Assembly (NCBI GenBank): GCA_964401865.1
Contig: CAYNZZ010000014.1
Location: 1 to 30,623 of the forward strand
Origin: an uncultured Erysipelotrichaceae bacterium
GTDB taxonomy: Bacteria > Bacillota_I > Bacilli_A > Erysipelotrichales > Erysipelotrichaceae
DNA: 30,623 nt
Direction of reading: 5' to 3'
Each line of letters opens with the position of its first letter. Position 1 is the first letter of the stretch. Below, one piece after another: positions 17,826-27,311 of this stretch. The position numbers and the translations under genes were made by a program. The notes under the pieces are model-generated. The model worked only from the letters and a program-made list of their open reading frames with translations, did not search any database and was not told where the DNA came from.

Positions 17826-18773
17826 ATGAATAATAAGATTAATATAAAAAGCTTTTTAGGAAAATATGCAATATACTTTGTATTGCTATTTGAAATTATT
17901 TTCTTTTCTTTAACATCTGAACACTTCTTTTCTGCCAGTAACTTTACTAATATTTTAAGACAAATATCAGTAGTAGGAATAATGGCAGTAGGTATGGCGT
18001 TTGTAATATTGACTGGTGGAGTTGATTTATCGGTTGGTGGTGTTACGGCTTGTGTAGGTGTGATATGTGCTAAATTGATGGTGAATGGTGTTCATCCGGT
18101 ATTTGCTATTCTTGCTTCTTTGGCATTTGCGGCTATTTGCGGTCTAGTAAATGCGTTCTTTGTACAAGAATTTAAATTAAATGCAATGATAGTTACACTT
18201 GCAACATTACAGATTTTAAAAGGTATTTCCTACATTATTACTAAAGCTATCCCAGTATATGGTTTTACTAGTGACTTTAAGGTAATTGGGCAAGGTTATG
18301 TTTTGGGCATTCCGATTCCGATTATCATCATGTTGATTTTATATGTTTTAGCATATATTGTTTTAAAATACACTAAGTTTGGTCAAAGTATTTATGCGAT
18401 TGGTGGTAACGAGGAAGCTGTAAGACTTACAGGTATCAATGTAAGAAAACGTCGTTATATAACTTATGTAATTTGTAGTGTAATCGTTGGAATTGCAGGT
18501 ATCGTTTTATTATCAAGAGCCAATACCGCTCAACCAAGTGCGGGATTTGGTTACGAAATGGATGTTATTGCCGGTTCTGTTCTTGGCGGTATTTCTATGT
18601 CTGGTGGCGAAGGTAAGATCAGCGGTGTATTTGCCGGTGTACTTGTTATGGCAGTATTGAGTAATGGTATGTTAATGCTTAATATCAGTGAATACTGGCA
18701 ATGGGTTGCTAAGGGCGCAGTTATGTTGCTGGCGATTACTTATGATAGAATATTGAAGAAAGGTAAGGTATAA
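17826..18773 (+). CDS. Sugar ABC transporter permease (RbsC-like)
   Basis: 315-aa polytopic membrane protein with the conserved segment IYAIGGNEEAVRLTGINV. Confidence 0.9.
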   Translation: MNNKINIKSFLGKYAIYFVLLFEIIFFSLTSEHFFSASNFTNILRQISVVGIMAVGMAFVILTGGVDLSVGGVTACVGVICAKLMVNGVHPVFAILASLAFAAICGLVNAFFVQEFKLNAMIVTLATLQILKGISYIITKAIPVYGFTSDFKVIGQGYVLGIPIPIIIMLILYVLAYIVLKYTKFGQSIYAIGGNEEAVRLTGINVRKRRYITYVICSVIVGIAGIVLLSRANTAQPSAGFGYEMDVIAGSVLGGISMSGGEGKISGVFAGVLVMAVLSNGMLMLNISEYWQWVAKGAVMLLAITYDRILKKGKV

Positions 18774-18775
18774 TA

Positions 18776-19483
18776 ATGGGCGTTTTAAAAAAAGGTTTAA
18801 TTGTTTCTTGCCAAGCAACTCCTGAAGAGCCAATGCATGGTTCGGATATTATGGCGAGAATGGCGATAGCTGCTCAAATGGGTGGCGCAGTTGCAGTTAG
18901 AGTAAATACTTACAGTGATTTATGTGCTGTAAGGAAAGCGGTCAATATTCCTATTTTAGGTTTAATCAAAACTGTGCATGAAGGGTATTGGCCATATATC
19001 ACCACAACAATGGAAGATGTCGATTTGGTAGTTAAATCAGGAGCAGAGATTGTATGTATTGATGCAACTACATATCCTCGTTATGATGGCAATGACTTTC
19101 CAACATTTTATAAATTGGTAAGAGAAAAATATCCTAATATTGAAATATTGGCGGATATTTCTACTTATGAAGAAGGTGTTATTGCTGATGGTTTAGGTTG
19201 TGATTATGTTGCGACAACATTATGGGGCTACACTCCGGATACTACAAATAAGAATACTGATCTTATTCAAGAATTGCGCGAACCTAATGTTGAACTGGTT
19301 AGACAATTGGCAAAAGTATGTAAGAGTCCGATAGTGGCGGAAGGTCGTTTTTGGGATTCTACGAAGGCTATTGAGGCTTTGAAGGCTGGTGCTCACGCGG
19401 TAACGATTGGCGCAGGTATTACCAGACCTCAAATAATAACTAAGAAGATTGTTGATGACATCAATAAGGCAGTAGGACTATGA
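18776..19483 (+). CDS. nanE: N-acetylmannosamine-6-phosphate 2-epimerase
   Basis: 235 aa with GLIVSCQATPEEPMH at the N-terminus and a TIM-barrel C-terminal segment (AEGRFW...AHAVTIGAGITRP). Confidence 0.88.
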   Translation: MGVLKKGLIVSCQATPEEPMHGSDIMARMAIAAQMGGAVAVRVNTYSDLCAVRKAVNIPILGLIKTVHEGYWPYITTTMEDVDLVVKSGAEIVCIDATTYPRYDGNDFPTFYKLVREKYPNIEILADISTYEEGVIADGLGCDYVATTLWGYTPDTTNKNTDLIQELREPNVELVRQLAKVCKSPIVAEGRFWDSTKAIEALKAGAHAVTIGAGITRPQIITKKIVDDINKAVGL

Positions 19484-20394
19484 AGCACTGTATAGCGATT
19501 GACATAGGCGGTACTAAGACAATTGGCGCTTTGTTTCGTGAAGATGCTTCAATCGTTTGCGAGCGTCGTTTTCCTACTAATCCTAAATTAGGTCCTGAAA
19601 ATTTACTTGCCTCTTTATATGCAGTAATTGAGGAGCTTAAAAAAATAGTGAATGTCGATTGTATCTCGGTAGGATCGGCTGGGAGAATAAATATTGAGAC
19701 CGGTGATGTATTCTTCGCTAGTGATAATATTCCTGGTTGGACAGGGGTAAAAATAAAAGAGTTATTACAAGAGAGATATCATATTCCGGTAGTGGTTGAA
19801 AATGATTGCAAGGTCGCTGGTTATGGTGAACAGTGGCAAGGCTCGGCAAAGGGTTTAAACTCTTATGTTTGCATTTCGTTGGGTACAGGTGTCGGTGCAG
19901 CGATTTACTGTGAAGGTCAGATGATACATGGATCGCATTGGAGCGCTGGAGAATTAGGGCATATAACTCTTCATCCAAATGGCAGGCAATGCAATTGTGG
20001 TTTAAAGGGTTGTGTTGAACAGTATTGTTCTGGCACGGCACTGGTAAAGATATATAACGATAGATCAAATACTAAGATTGATACTGGTTACGATTTCTTC
20101 GGGCTTGTCGAAAGTGAAGATAAGATAGCACTTGAAGTTTTGGATGATTTTATTGATGATATGTATAATCTATGCATGACGATTTATAATTCTTATGATC
20201 CTGAAAAGATTATTATCGGTGGTGGATTAGTTGATACCAGAAAATACTGGTGGGATAAATTGTTAGCCAAAATCAGTAACTCTCCACTTAGCTCGCTTTT
20301 TAAGCCAGAGATTGTACCGGCTTCTTTGAATAATAGAGCTGCCATATTTGGAGCTGCATATTTAGGATTTAAATATCTAGATAGTATAAAATAA
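19480..20394 (+). CDS. ROK-family sugar kinase (N-acetylmannosamine kinase-like)
   Basis: 304 aa with the ATP-binding N-terminus AIDIGGTK and the ROK zinc motif GHITLHPNGRQCNCGLKGCVEQYCSG. There is an ATGA overlap with nanE. Confidence 0.8.
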   Translation: MKHCIAIDIGGTKTIGALFREDASIVCERRFPTNPKLGPENLLASLYAVIEELKKIVNVDCISVGSAGRINIETGDVFFASDNIPGWTGVKIKELLQERYHIPVVVENDCKVAGYGEQWQGSAKGLNSYVCISLGTGVGAAIYCEGQMIHGSHWSAGELGHITLHPNGRQCNCGLKGCVEQYCSGTALVKIYNDRSNTKIDTGYDFFGLVESEDKIALEVLDDFIDDMYNLCMTIYNSYDPEKIIIGGGLVDTRKYWWDKLLAKISNSPLSSLFKPEIVPASLNNRAAIFGAAYLGFKYLDSIK

Positions 20395-20405
20395 TAAAAA
20401 GTTTA

Positions 20406-20436
20406 AAAGAGAAGTTACATAATTACTTCTCTTTTC
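20406..20436 (+). terminator. Intrinsic terminator of the sugar operon (AAAGAGAAGT-loop-ACTTCTCTTT followed by TC)
   Basis: 10-bp stem at 20406-20415/20425-20434 with a T-rich tail. Confidence 0.75.
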
Positions 20437-20518
20437 ATTTATGTCAGTGATTACATTGTGATTATGCATTTATTAAATGTTATTAAATAGTTAGATATGT
20501 TAAAATCATTAGTGTTAT

Positions 20519-21127
20519 ATGGCTAATTATAATTCTTTATTTAAAAAAGAGATTTCTTCTATGATTGGAAGAAAGAAGTTATTGCTGCATGTGTGTTGTG
20601 GACCATGCAGTGTTTATCCGCTTATCTTACTAGATGAGTATTTTGATATAACGATTTATTACACTAATGATAATATTTATCCTAATACCGAATACCAAAA
20701 ACGATTAGGCGAACTTCTAAGATACCTTGACATCATCAAAGATGAACATCAAATAAAAATAGTTGTTCCTGAAAGTAAACAAGAAAAATTTTTAAATAAA
20801 ATATCTAAATATAAAGATGATAAAGAAGGTTTTAGAAGATGTGTGATGTGTTATGGTTTGAGAATGAAAGAAGCTTTTAAATATGCTAAAAAACACCATT
20901 TCGATTATTGCACAACCGTAATGTCAATCTCTAACCATAAAAATGCTAATTATATTAATGAAATAGGTGAAGAATTGGAAAAGAATTACGGAGTAAAGTT
21001 TTTGCATAGCGACTTTAAGAAAAATGGCGGCCTAGATAAAAACAATAAAATGAATGCTGAGTTAGATTTATATCATCAGGATTATTGCGGTTGTGTGTAT
21101 TCATATCAAAACAAAAATGGACAATGA
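20519..21127 (+). CDS. queH: Epoxyqueuosine reductase QueH (DUF208)
   Basis: 202 aa with LLLHVCCGPCS, RCVMCYGLRM and a C-terminal YCGC. Confidence 0.9.
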   Translation: MANYNSLFKKEISSMIGRKKLLLHVCCGPCSVYPLILLDEYFDITIYYTNDNIYPNTEYQKRLGELLRYLDIIKDEHQIKIVVPESKQEKFLNKISKYKDDKEGFRRCVMCYGLRMKEAFKYAKKHHFDYCTTVMSISNHKNANYINEIGEELEKNYGVKFLHSDFKKNGGLDKNNKMNAELDLYHQDYCGCVYSYQNKNGQ

Positions 21128-21140
21128 AGTCCATTTTCTT
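21116..21140. terminator. Hairpin AATGGAC-AATGAA-GTCCATT between the convergent queH and dehydratase-like genes
   Basis: 7-bp stem overlapping the queH stop, followed by TTCTT. Confidence 0.45.
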
Positions 21141-22380
21141 ATAGCTTTTCCTTAGCAATAGATAACATTAGTTTGATTCTGTTTTCTTGATTGACATTGC
21201 TGGCACCTGGATCGTAGTCAATAGGGACGATGTTACAACTTGGATCTAGCTCTTTGATTTTTCTTATCATGCCCTTACCGACGATATGGTTTGGCAGACA
21301 ACCAAAAGGTTGAGTACAGATGATGTTTTTAAATCCTGAAGCGTTTAATTCCATCATTTCACCCGTCAACAGCCAGCCTTCGCCCATTTTTGTGCCGATA
21401 TTGATAATTTTCTTAGCTTCTTCAATCGTGTTTCCGAAAGGATTTGGAGCGTCAAAATCAGAATTATCTTTTATGGCGTCAATGATCATTCTTTCTAGTC
21501 CTAAAGCATAGTTATATATTATTTTAAAAGTTAATAATTTGCTGATTTTACCACCATATAGATGATAATCTTCAATTGAATTATATATACAATATAGAGC
21601 GAATCCCATTACACCTGGAACTTTTATTTCACATCCTTCATTATTTAAGAAATCTTCTAGATTGTTATTGCCAAGTGCTGAATATTTAATGTAAATCTCT
21701 CCGACAATACCGACTTTTACTCTAGGTATTTTATTCAACTTAATCTTGGTAAATGAAATGGTTATTTCTTTAAGTTTTTGTTTCATTTCTTTTTTGTTTA
21801 ATGAAGTGTTATTCTTAAAATCAATAGAAAGCTTTTTAATCCACTCATCGACAAGATTCATAGTTTCGTTTTTATTTGCTTCATAAGCCTTACATTGATT
21901 AGATAAGTCCATCAATAAATCGCCATATACTAAAGCGGCCAATAGACACTTAATAGTATGTAAATCTAATTTGAAACCCGGTTGAGAATCAAGACCAGAA
22001 AAATTTAGTGATATAACTGGTATTTGTTCAAGACCGGCTTTTTTTAGCGCTTTTCTAAGCAGGTGAATGTAGTTACTGGCTCTACATCCTCCACCGGTTT
22101 GGGTAATGATCAAAGCGGTTTTGTTGACATCGTATTTGCCGCTTTTTAAAGCATCGATCATTTGACCGATTACTAAAAGAGCAGGATAACAAGTATCGTT
22201 ATGTACATATTCTAGTCCGGCATTTACAACACTAGGACCAGTATTGGTCAATAGTTCGACTTTGTATTTGGAATTAACTAAGACATTTTTAATCAGTTCA
22301 AAATGGATAGGGCACATCATAGGGATTAAGATAGTATAATCTTTAGCCATTTCTTTTGTGAATACTATTTTATCAGTCAT
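21139..22380 (-). CDS. 2-hydroxyacyl-CoA-dehydratase-like / activase-associated subunit (DUF2229-type)
   Basis: 413 aa with conserved Cys contexts (MMCPIH, DTCYPA, GGGCRASNY, CTQPFGCLPNH). It overlaps the upstream activase fusion by 8 nt and has a GAAGGAG RBS. Confidence 0.65.
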   Translation of the reverse strand: MTDKIVFTKEMAKDYTILIPMMCPIHFELIKNVLVNSKYKVELLTNTGPSVVNAGLEYVHNDTCYPALLVIGQMIDALKSGKYDVNKTALIITQTGGGCRASNYIHLLRKALKKAGLEQIPVISLNFSGLDSQPGFKLDLHTIKCLLAALVYGDLLMDLSNQCKAYEANKNETMNLVDEWIKKLSIDFKNNTSLNKKEMKQKLKEITISFTKIKLNKIPRVKVGIVGEIYIKYSALGNNNLEDFLNNEGCEIKVPGVMGFALYCIYNSIEDYHLYGGKISKLLTFKIIYNYALGLERMIIDAIKDNSDFDAPNPFGNTIEEAKKIINIGTKMGEGWLLTGEMMELNASGFKNIICTQPFGCLPNHIVGKGMIRKIKELDPSCNIVPIDYDPGASNVNQENRIKLMLSIAKEKL

Positions 22381-25288
22381 TTTTTTGCTCCTTCTGTCTT
22401 AGTGCAGTTAGCAAAGATCTAAATCTAATCTTAACTGCTCCTAGGTTAGTTATCTCATCTATTTTTAATTGGGTATATATCTTGCCGTGACCTTCTAATA
22501 TTTCTCTTACTTCATCGGTTGTGATAGCATCAATGCCACAACCAAAAGAAACCAATTGAACAAGGTTCATATTGTCTTTATCTTTGATATAGTGAGCAGC
22601 AGAATAAAGTCTAGAATGATATGACCATTGATTTAAAACCTTTAATTTGCTTGCATTAAAGCTACAGTCGATTGCATCTTCAGAGATGATAGCGACATCA
22701 TAACTAGCTAATAATTTATCGATGTCATGGTTGATGAGCGGATCGATATGGTAAGGTCTGCCTGCCAAAATAATGATCTGTTTATCTAATATTTCAGCTT
22801 TGGTAATTATTTCTTGTCCCTTATTTTTAATTTTAATTAAATGATTATCATACGCTTTGTAAGCTACTTTACACGCATGAGCTATTTCATGATTTGAAAT
22901 ATCTGGGAAAACTTCTTTTAAAGCCGCATGTATTTTTGTTGGGAACAATTTACGATTGTGAACAGCAATGAATGGCGAGATAAATGTTGTTTCTTTAATT
23001 CTTTTGACATTGGCTGAGATAACTTCCGGATAGTAAGCTACTACTGGGCAGTTATAGTTATTATCAGTATTGTTTTCCTTAATGTTATAGGTCATACAAG
23101 GATAGAAAATATATGGAACTTTTTCATCTAATAACGAATAAATAGAAGCGTGAACCATTTTAGCAGGGAAACAAATTGTATCACTTGGAATAGAATTCTG
23201 TGCCTTTCTAAAATTCTTCATATCTTTTTCAAATTTACTGACGACTTCAAAACCTAGATCAGTAAAGAAATTAAACCAAAATGGGAGCATTTCATACATA
23301 TTTAAAGCCATTGGTAAACCAATTTTCCCTCTTTTACCTTTTATTGGTTTAAATTCTGACAATAATTTACGTTTATATTCATAAATATTCAAATCATCGA
23401 CATTTAATTTATTGGCTATTGGTCTATCACAACGATTGCCACTGATGAAACGTGAATCTTTGCCAAATGTATGAATAGCTAACTCGCAATGATTATTGCA
23501 CAGACCACATTTAACTTGTCTGACACTATTTTGAAAAGCACACAAGTCATCAAAGCCAAGAATATTTGATTTATCATCAGGGTTGCTGTTTTCTTTGGCG
23601 TAAAGAGCACAACCATATGCGCCCATTAAACCAGCGATGTTTGGTCTAATCACCTGAGTGTTTAATTCCATTTCAAAAGCTCTTAGTACAGCATCGTTAT
23701 AGAAAGTTCCGCCTTGAACAATGATATGTTCGCCTAAATCTTTAGCGCTGGCTCTGATTACTTTATATAGAGCATTTTTAACCACACTGATTGAAAGACC
23801 AGCTGAAATATCTTCGATAGTAGCACCATCTTTTTGTGCTTGCTTGACCGAAGAATTCATAAATACTGTACATCTTGAGCCTAAATCAACAGGGTGGGTG
23901 GCATAAAGAGCTAACTTAGAAAAATCTTCGATTGAATAGTTTAATGCAGTTGCAAATGTCTGCAAGAAAGAACCGCAACCACTTGAACAAGCTTCATTTA
24001 AGAATAAATTGTCAATTGTTCCGTTATGAATTTTAAAACATTTAATATCTTGTCCACCGATATCAATAATAAAGTCAACATCCGGCATAAAAGCTTTAGC
24101 AGCAGTGAAGTGAGCCATTGTTTCAACAACACCCATATCAACTTTGAAAGCTGATTTAATCAAATCTTCGCCATATCCAGTGGCGCAAGACGAGATAATG
24201 TTCATTTTTGGATTTTTAAGATACAGTTCTTTTAAATCATCCAAGACAAGGTTCAAAGTATTTCCTTTATTTGAACGATACGAAGAATAAACTATCTCTT
24301 GTTTTTTATTGATGAGCACAATTTTAAGCGTTGTGCTTCCTGCATCAATACCCAAATAAACATCGCCAACAATTTCATCAGGATTTAAAATATTTACTTT
24401 AGCTTTATCATGTCTTTTCTTAAATACTTGATATTCTTCTTCATTATTGAAAAGTGGAGATAGGGAGTGATAATTCATCTTTGAATCAGCGTTTTCTATA
24501 CCTTTGATAATGTCGCTGATATTCATTTCATCTTCTTTTAAAGCCATGATTGCTGTTCCAAGGGCGACAAAATATAAACTGTTTTCAGGGAAGATACCTT
24601 CTAAATCCAAGGTTTCATCAAAGGCTTTTCTAAGTTCACTATTAAAACTTAGTGGTCCGCCTAAATAGACAACCTTACCTTTGATATCTCTTCCTTGAGC
24701 TAGTCCGGTTATGGTTTGATTACATACTGCAAAGTAAATACTGCAAGCTAAATCTTCTTTTTTAGCTCCTTGATTAATCAAAGGTTGTATATCTGATTTT
24801 GCAAATACACCGCATCTTGATGCGATGGTATATTTCTTTTCGTGTTTTTTTGATAACTCATTGAGCTCGCCAACTTCAACATTTAATAGTTGAGCCATCT
24901 GATCAATAAACGCACCGGTTCCGCCAGCACATGTTCCGTTCATTCTGACCTCGACATCATCACTCAAAAATAGAATCTTAGCGTCTTCACCACCTAATTC
25001 AATAATGCAATCAGGATGGTCAAGGTAATTATTGGCAGCAATTCTTGTTGCATAGACTTCTTGAACAAAAGGAATATTTAAGCTATTGGCTAACCCCATT
25101 CCAGCCGAACCAGAGATAGCGATATTCAGTTTCTCGATATGGTAATCATTTTTGATCTGGTTCAAAAGTTCTTGAAGCGCTTCGTTGACTTGGCAGTTAT
25201 GCCTTCGATAGGTTTTGAATACAATTTCTCCATTATTTAAGAGTGTACATTTGATGGTTGTAGAACCAATATCAATCCCTAAATTCAT
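22373..25288 (-). CDS. Fusion protein with two tandem BcrAD/BadFG/HgdC-type ATPase (activase) domains and a Cys-rich dehydratase-related C-terminal region
   Basis: 971 aa. Two actin-fold ATPase starts (LGIDIGSTTIKC at the N-terminus, LGIDAGSTTLKI near residue 310), each with paired cluster-Cys contexts (GTCAGGTG and SRCGVF; EACSSGCG and SRCTVF). These are followed by CGLCNNHC...NRCDRP. Confidence 0.8.
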   Translation of the reverse strand: MNLGIDIGSTTIKCTLLNNGEIVFKTYRRHNCQVNEALQELLNQIKNDYHIEKLNIAISGSAGMGLANSLNIPFVQEVYATRIAANNYLDHPDCIIELGGEDAKILFLSDDVEVRMNGTCAGGTGAFIDQMAQLLNVEVGELNELSKKHEKKYTIASRCGVFAKSDIQPLINQGAKKEDLACSIYFAVCNQTITGLAQGRDIKGKVVYLGGPLSFNSELRKAFDETLDLEGIFPENSLYFVALGTAIMALKEDEMNISDIIKGIENADSKMNYHSLSPLFNNEEEYQVFKKRHDKAKVNILNPDEIVGDVYLGIDAGSTTLKIVLINKKQEIVYSSYRSNKGNTLNLVLDDLKELYLKNPKMNIISSCATGYGEDLIKSAFKVDMGVVETMAHFTAAKAFMPDVDFIIDIGGQDIKCFKIHNGTIDNLFLNEACSSGCGSFLQTFATALNYSIEDFSKLALYATHPVDLGSRCTVFMNSSVKQAQKDGATIEDISAGLSISVVKNALYKVIRASAKDLGEHIIVQGGTFYNDAVLRAFEMELNTQVIRPNIAGLMGAYGCALYAKENSNPDDKSNILGFDDLCAFQNSVRQVKCGLCNNHCELAIHTFGKDSRFISGNRCDRPIANKLNVDDLNIYEYKRKLLSEFKPIKGKRGKIGLPMALNMYEMLPFWFNFFTDLGFEVVSKFEKDMKNFRKAQNSIPSDTICFPAKMVHASIYSLLDEKVPYIFYPCMTYNIKENNTDNNYNCPVVAYYPEVISANVKRIKETTFISPFIAVHNRKLFPTKIHAALKEVFPDISNHEIAHACKVAYKAYDNHLIKIKNKGQEIITKAEILDKQIIILAGRPYHIDPLINHDIDKLLASYDVAIISEDAIDCSFNASKLKVLNQWSYHSRLYSAAHYIKDKDNMNLVQLVSFGCGIDAITTDEVREILEGHGKIYTQLKIDEITNLGAVKIRFRSLLTALRQKEQKND

Positions 25289-25289
25289 C

Positions 25290-25715
25290 TTATTTGCCTC
25301 CTAATGTTTCATTTAATATCGTTAATCCTTCAAGAACTTTGTTATAGGATTCTTTATCTAATGATTTATAAAAATCATTCATTTCATTTAATCTGTGAGT
25401 AATATCATCAATAATTTCTAAACTTTTTTTAGTTAAGGTTACTTTGGTGAAACGACGATTATCTTCAAGTTTTTCTCTTTTTAATAATCCGCTATTTTCC
25501 ATTCTTTTTAATATGTTGGAGCAATTAGGATATGTAAGACCTAAAGTAATCGTTAAATCACAGATAGTATTTACACTATGGTGATATATTTCATAAATTA
25601 TTTTAGCTTGTGTAGAAGTGATATTTAAAGGTGCAAACTGTTCGCCTATTTGATTATTTATTTTTCTATTTATTAAATAAAGTAAATTAGCTATTTCGTT
25701 AATATTTTCTGACAT
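25290..25715 (-). CDS. MarR-family transcriptional regulator
   Basis: wHTH-sized protein (TSTQAKIIYEIYHH...ICDLTITLGLTYPNCSNILKRMENSGLLKRE). I set the start at the ATG at 25715 (AGAGG RBS); the ORF-track start at 25733 is a GTG. The stop lies 1 nt from the activase ATG. Confidence 0.8.
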   Translation of the reverse strand: MSENINEIANLLYLINRKINNQIGEQFAPLNITSTQAKIIYEIYHHSVNTICDLTITLGLTYPNCSNILKRMENSGLLKREKLEDNRRFTKVTLTKKSLEIIDDITHRLNEMNDFYKSLDKESYNKVLEGLTILNETLGGK

Positions 25716-25817
25716 AAAACCTCTACATTTCACGAGTTAAATTTTAAATATCTTCGTTTAAAATGTCAAATATTTAGCCTATAATTATACTTAATAATAA
25801 GTATGAGGAATAAGACT

Positions 25818-27311
25818 ATGAAGTATATTTTAGCTATTGACCAAGGAACTACATCGACTAGGGCTATTATCTTTGATAAGGAACAAAATGTCATAAAAAG
25901 TGCCCAAAAAGAATTGAAGAATTATTTCCCTGAAGATGGATATGTATTGGCTGATCCTGGCGAAATATGGCTATCAACACTTAGTGTTATTCAAGAATTG
26001 TTTTATGATGGACAAATTGATGCTAAGGATGTTGTGTCAATTGGCATCAGCAATCAAAGAGAGACGACAATTATGTGGGACAAAGTAACTGGGAAACCGG
26101 TTTATGATGCGATTATATGGCAATCTAAACAGTCCAGCGCCATTGTAGAAAGATATAAAAAGCTGGGATGTGAAGAGGTGATTAAAGAAAAGACCGGATT
26201 AATTCTCGACTCATATTTTAGTGCCACAAAGATTAGGTGGATATTTGAAAATGTCGAAGGAGTTAAAGACAATCCTAATATTTTATTTGGCACGGTTGAT
26301 ACATGGCTTTTGTATAAACTCACGGGTGGCAAAGTTCATGCGACTGATGTTACCAATGCATCTAGAACTTGCTTGATGAATATTCATACACTTAGTTGGG
26401 ATGATGAATTGTTGGAACTTTTTGATATTCCTAAATATATTCTTCCTTCTATCAAAAACACCGCTGATGATTACGGGAGAGTGGAAGAATATTATTTCTT
26501 CTCTAATCCTTGTCCTATTAATGCTTTAGTTGGCGATCAACAAGCTGCATTATTTGGACAATCTTGTTTCAAGAAGGGTGAATCAAAGAATACGTATGGT
26601 ACTGGCGGATTCTTGCTGGTGAACACGGGCGATGAAATTGTTAAATCGAAAAACGGTTTATTATCGACAGTTGCTTGGAGATTGAGCGATGATGTCAAGG
26701 GTATTTCTGCTTTGTCATATGCGTTAGAGGGTTCAATATTTGTGTCTGGTTCTTTAATACAATGGTTAAGAGATAGTCTTAAGATAATTGACGATGCCAA
26801 TCAAACCGAAATGATAGCCAGAAGTGTCGATAGTAATGGTGGTGTATATATCATTCCTGCTTTTGCTGGTATGGGTGCTCCTTATTGGAACGAAAAGGCA
26901 AAAGGAGCGATATTTGGGCTTACTAGAGGCAGTGATTATCGTCATATCGTGCGCGCGAGTTTGGAAGCGATGACATATCAGGTTAAAGACTTATTGTTGG
27001 CGATTAAGTCAGATTTTGATTTTAAAATTGAATCATTAAAAGTTGATGGTGGGGCATCAGTTAATGACTTTTTGTTGGAATTTCAAAGTAATATTTTGCA
27101 GATACCAGTCATTAGAAATAAAATGAAAGAATCGACCGCTTTAGGAGCATGTCGATTCGCTGGATTGTATGCTAATTATTATACGATAGATGATTTTAAA
27201 AGGGATGATGTCGATATATTTGAACCGAGCATCAGCGATGCAGATGCTAATGATTTATATGAGATGTGGTTATATTATCTAAATAAATGTTTAAACCAAG
27301 ATTCTTTTTAA
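25818..27311 (+). CDS. glpK: Glycerol kinase
   Basis: The N-terminus is YILAIDQGTTSTRAIIF, with FGGY-family motifs throughout. I moved the start to the ATG at 25818 (GAGGAA RBS). Confidence 0.95.
   Translation: MKYILAIDQGTTSTRAIIFDKEQNVIKSAQKELKNYFPEDGYVLADPGEIWLSTLSVIQELFYDGQIDAKDVVSIGISNQRETTIMWDKVTGKPVYDAIIWQSKQSSAIVERYKKLGCEEVIKEKTGLILDSYFSATKIRWIFENVEGVKDNPNILFGTVDTWLLYKLTGGKVHATDVTNASRTCLMNIHTLSWDDELLELFDIPKYILPSIKNTADDYGRVEEYYFFSNPCPINALVGDQQAALFGQSCFKKGESKNTYGTGGFLLVNTGDEIVKSKNGLLSTVAWRLSDDVKGISALSYALEGSIFVSGSLIQWLRDSLKIIDDANQTEMIARSVDSNGGVYIIPAFAGMGAPYWNEKAKGAIFGLTRGSDYRHIVRASLEAMTYQVKDLLLAIKSDFDFKIESLKVDGGASVNDFLLEFQSNILQIPVIRNKMKESTALGACRFAGLYANYYTIDDFKRDDVDIFEPSISDADANDLYEMWLYYLNKCLNQDSF

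Noticed and set aside
19718-20068. 116-aa antisense ORF inside the ROK kinase gene. Similar short ORFs occur at 38-223, 704-907, 1596-1802, 8294-8488, 11420-11620, 15489-15722, 19220-19432, 21320-21511, 23721-23906, 26102-26332, 26537-26800, 29507-29893 and 29981-30214
   Set aside because: All are nested in or antisense to strongly supported genes. They lack RBSs and recognisable motifs and are best explained as chance open frames.
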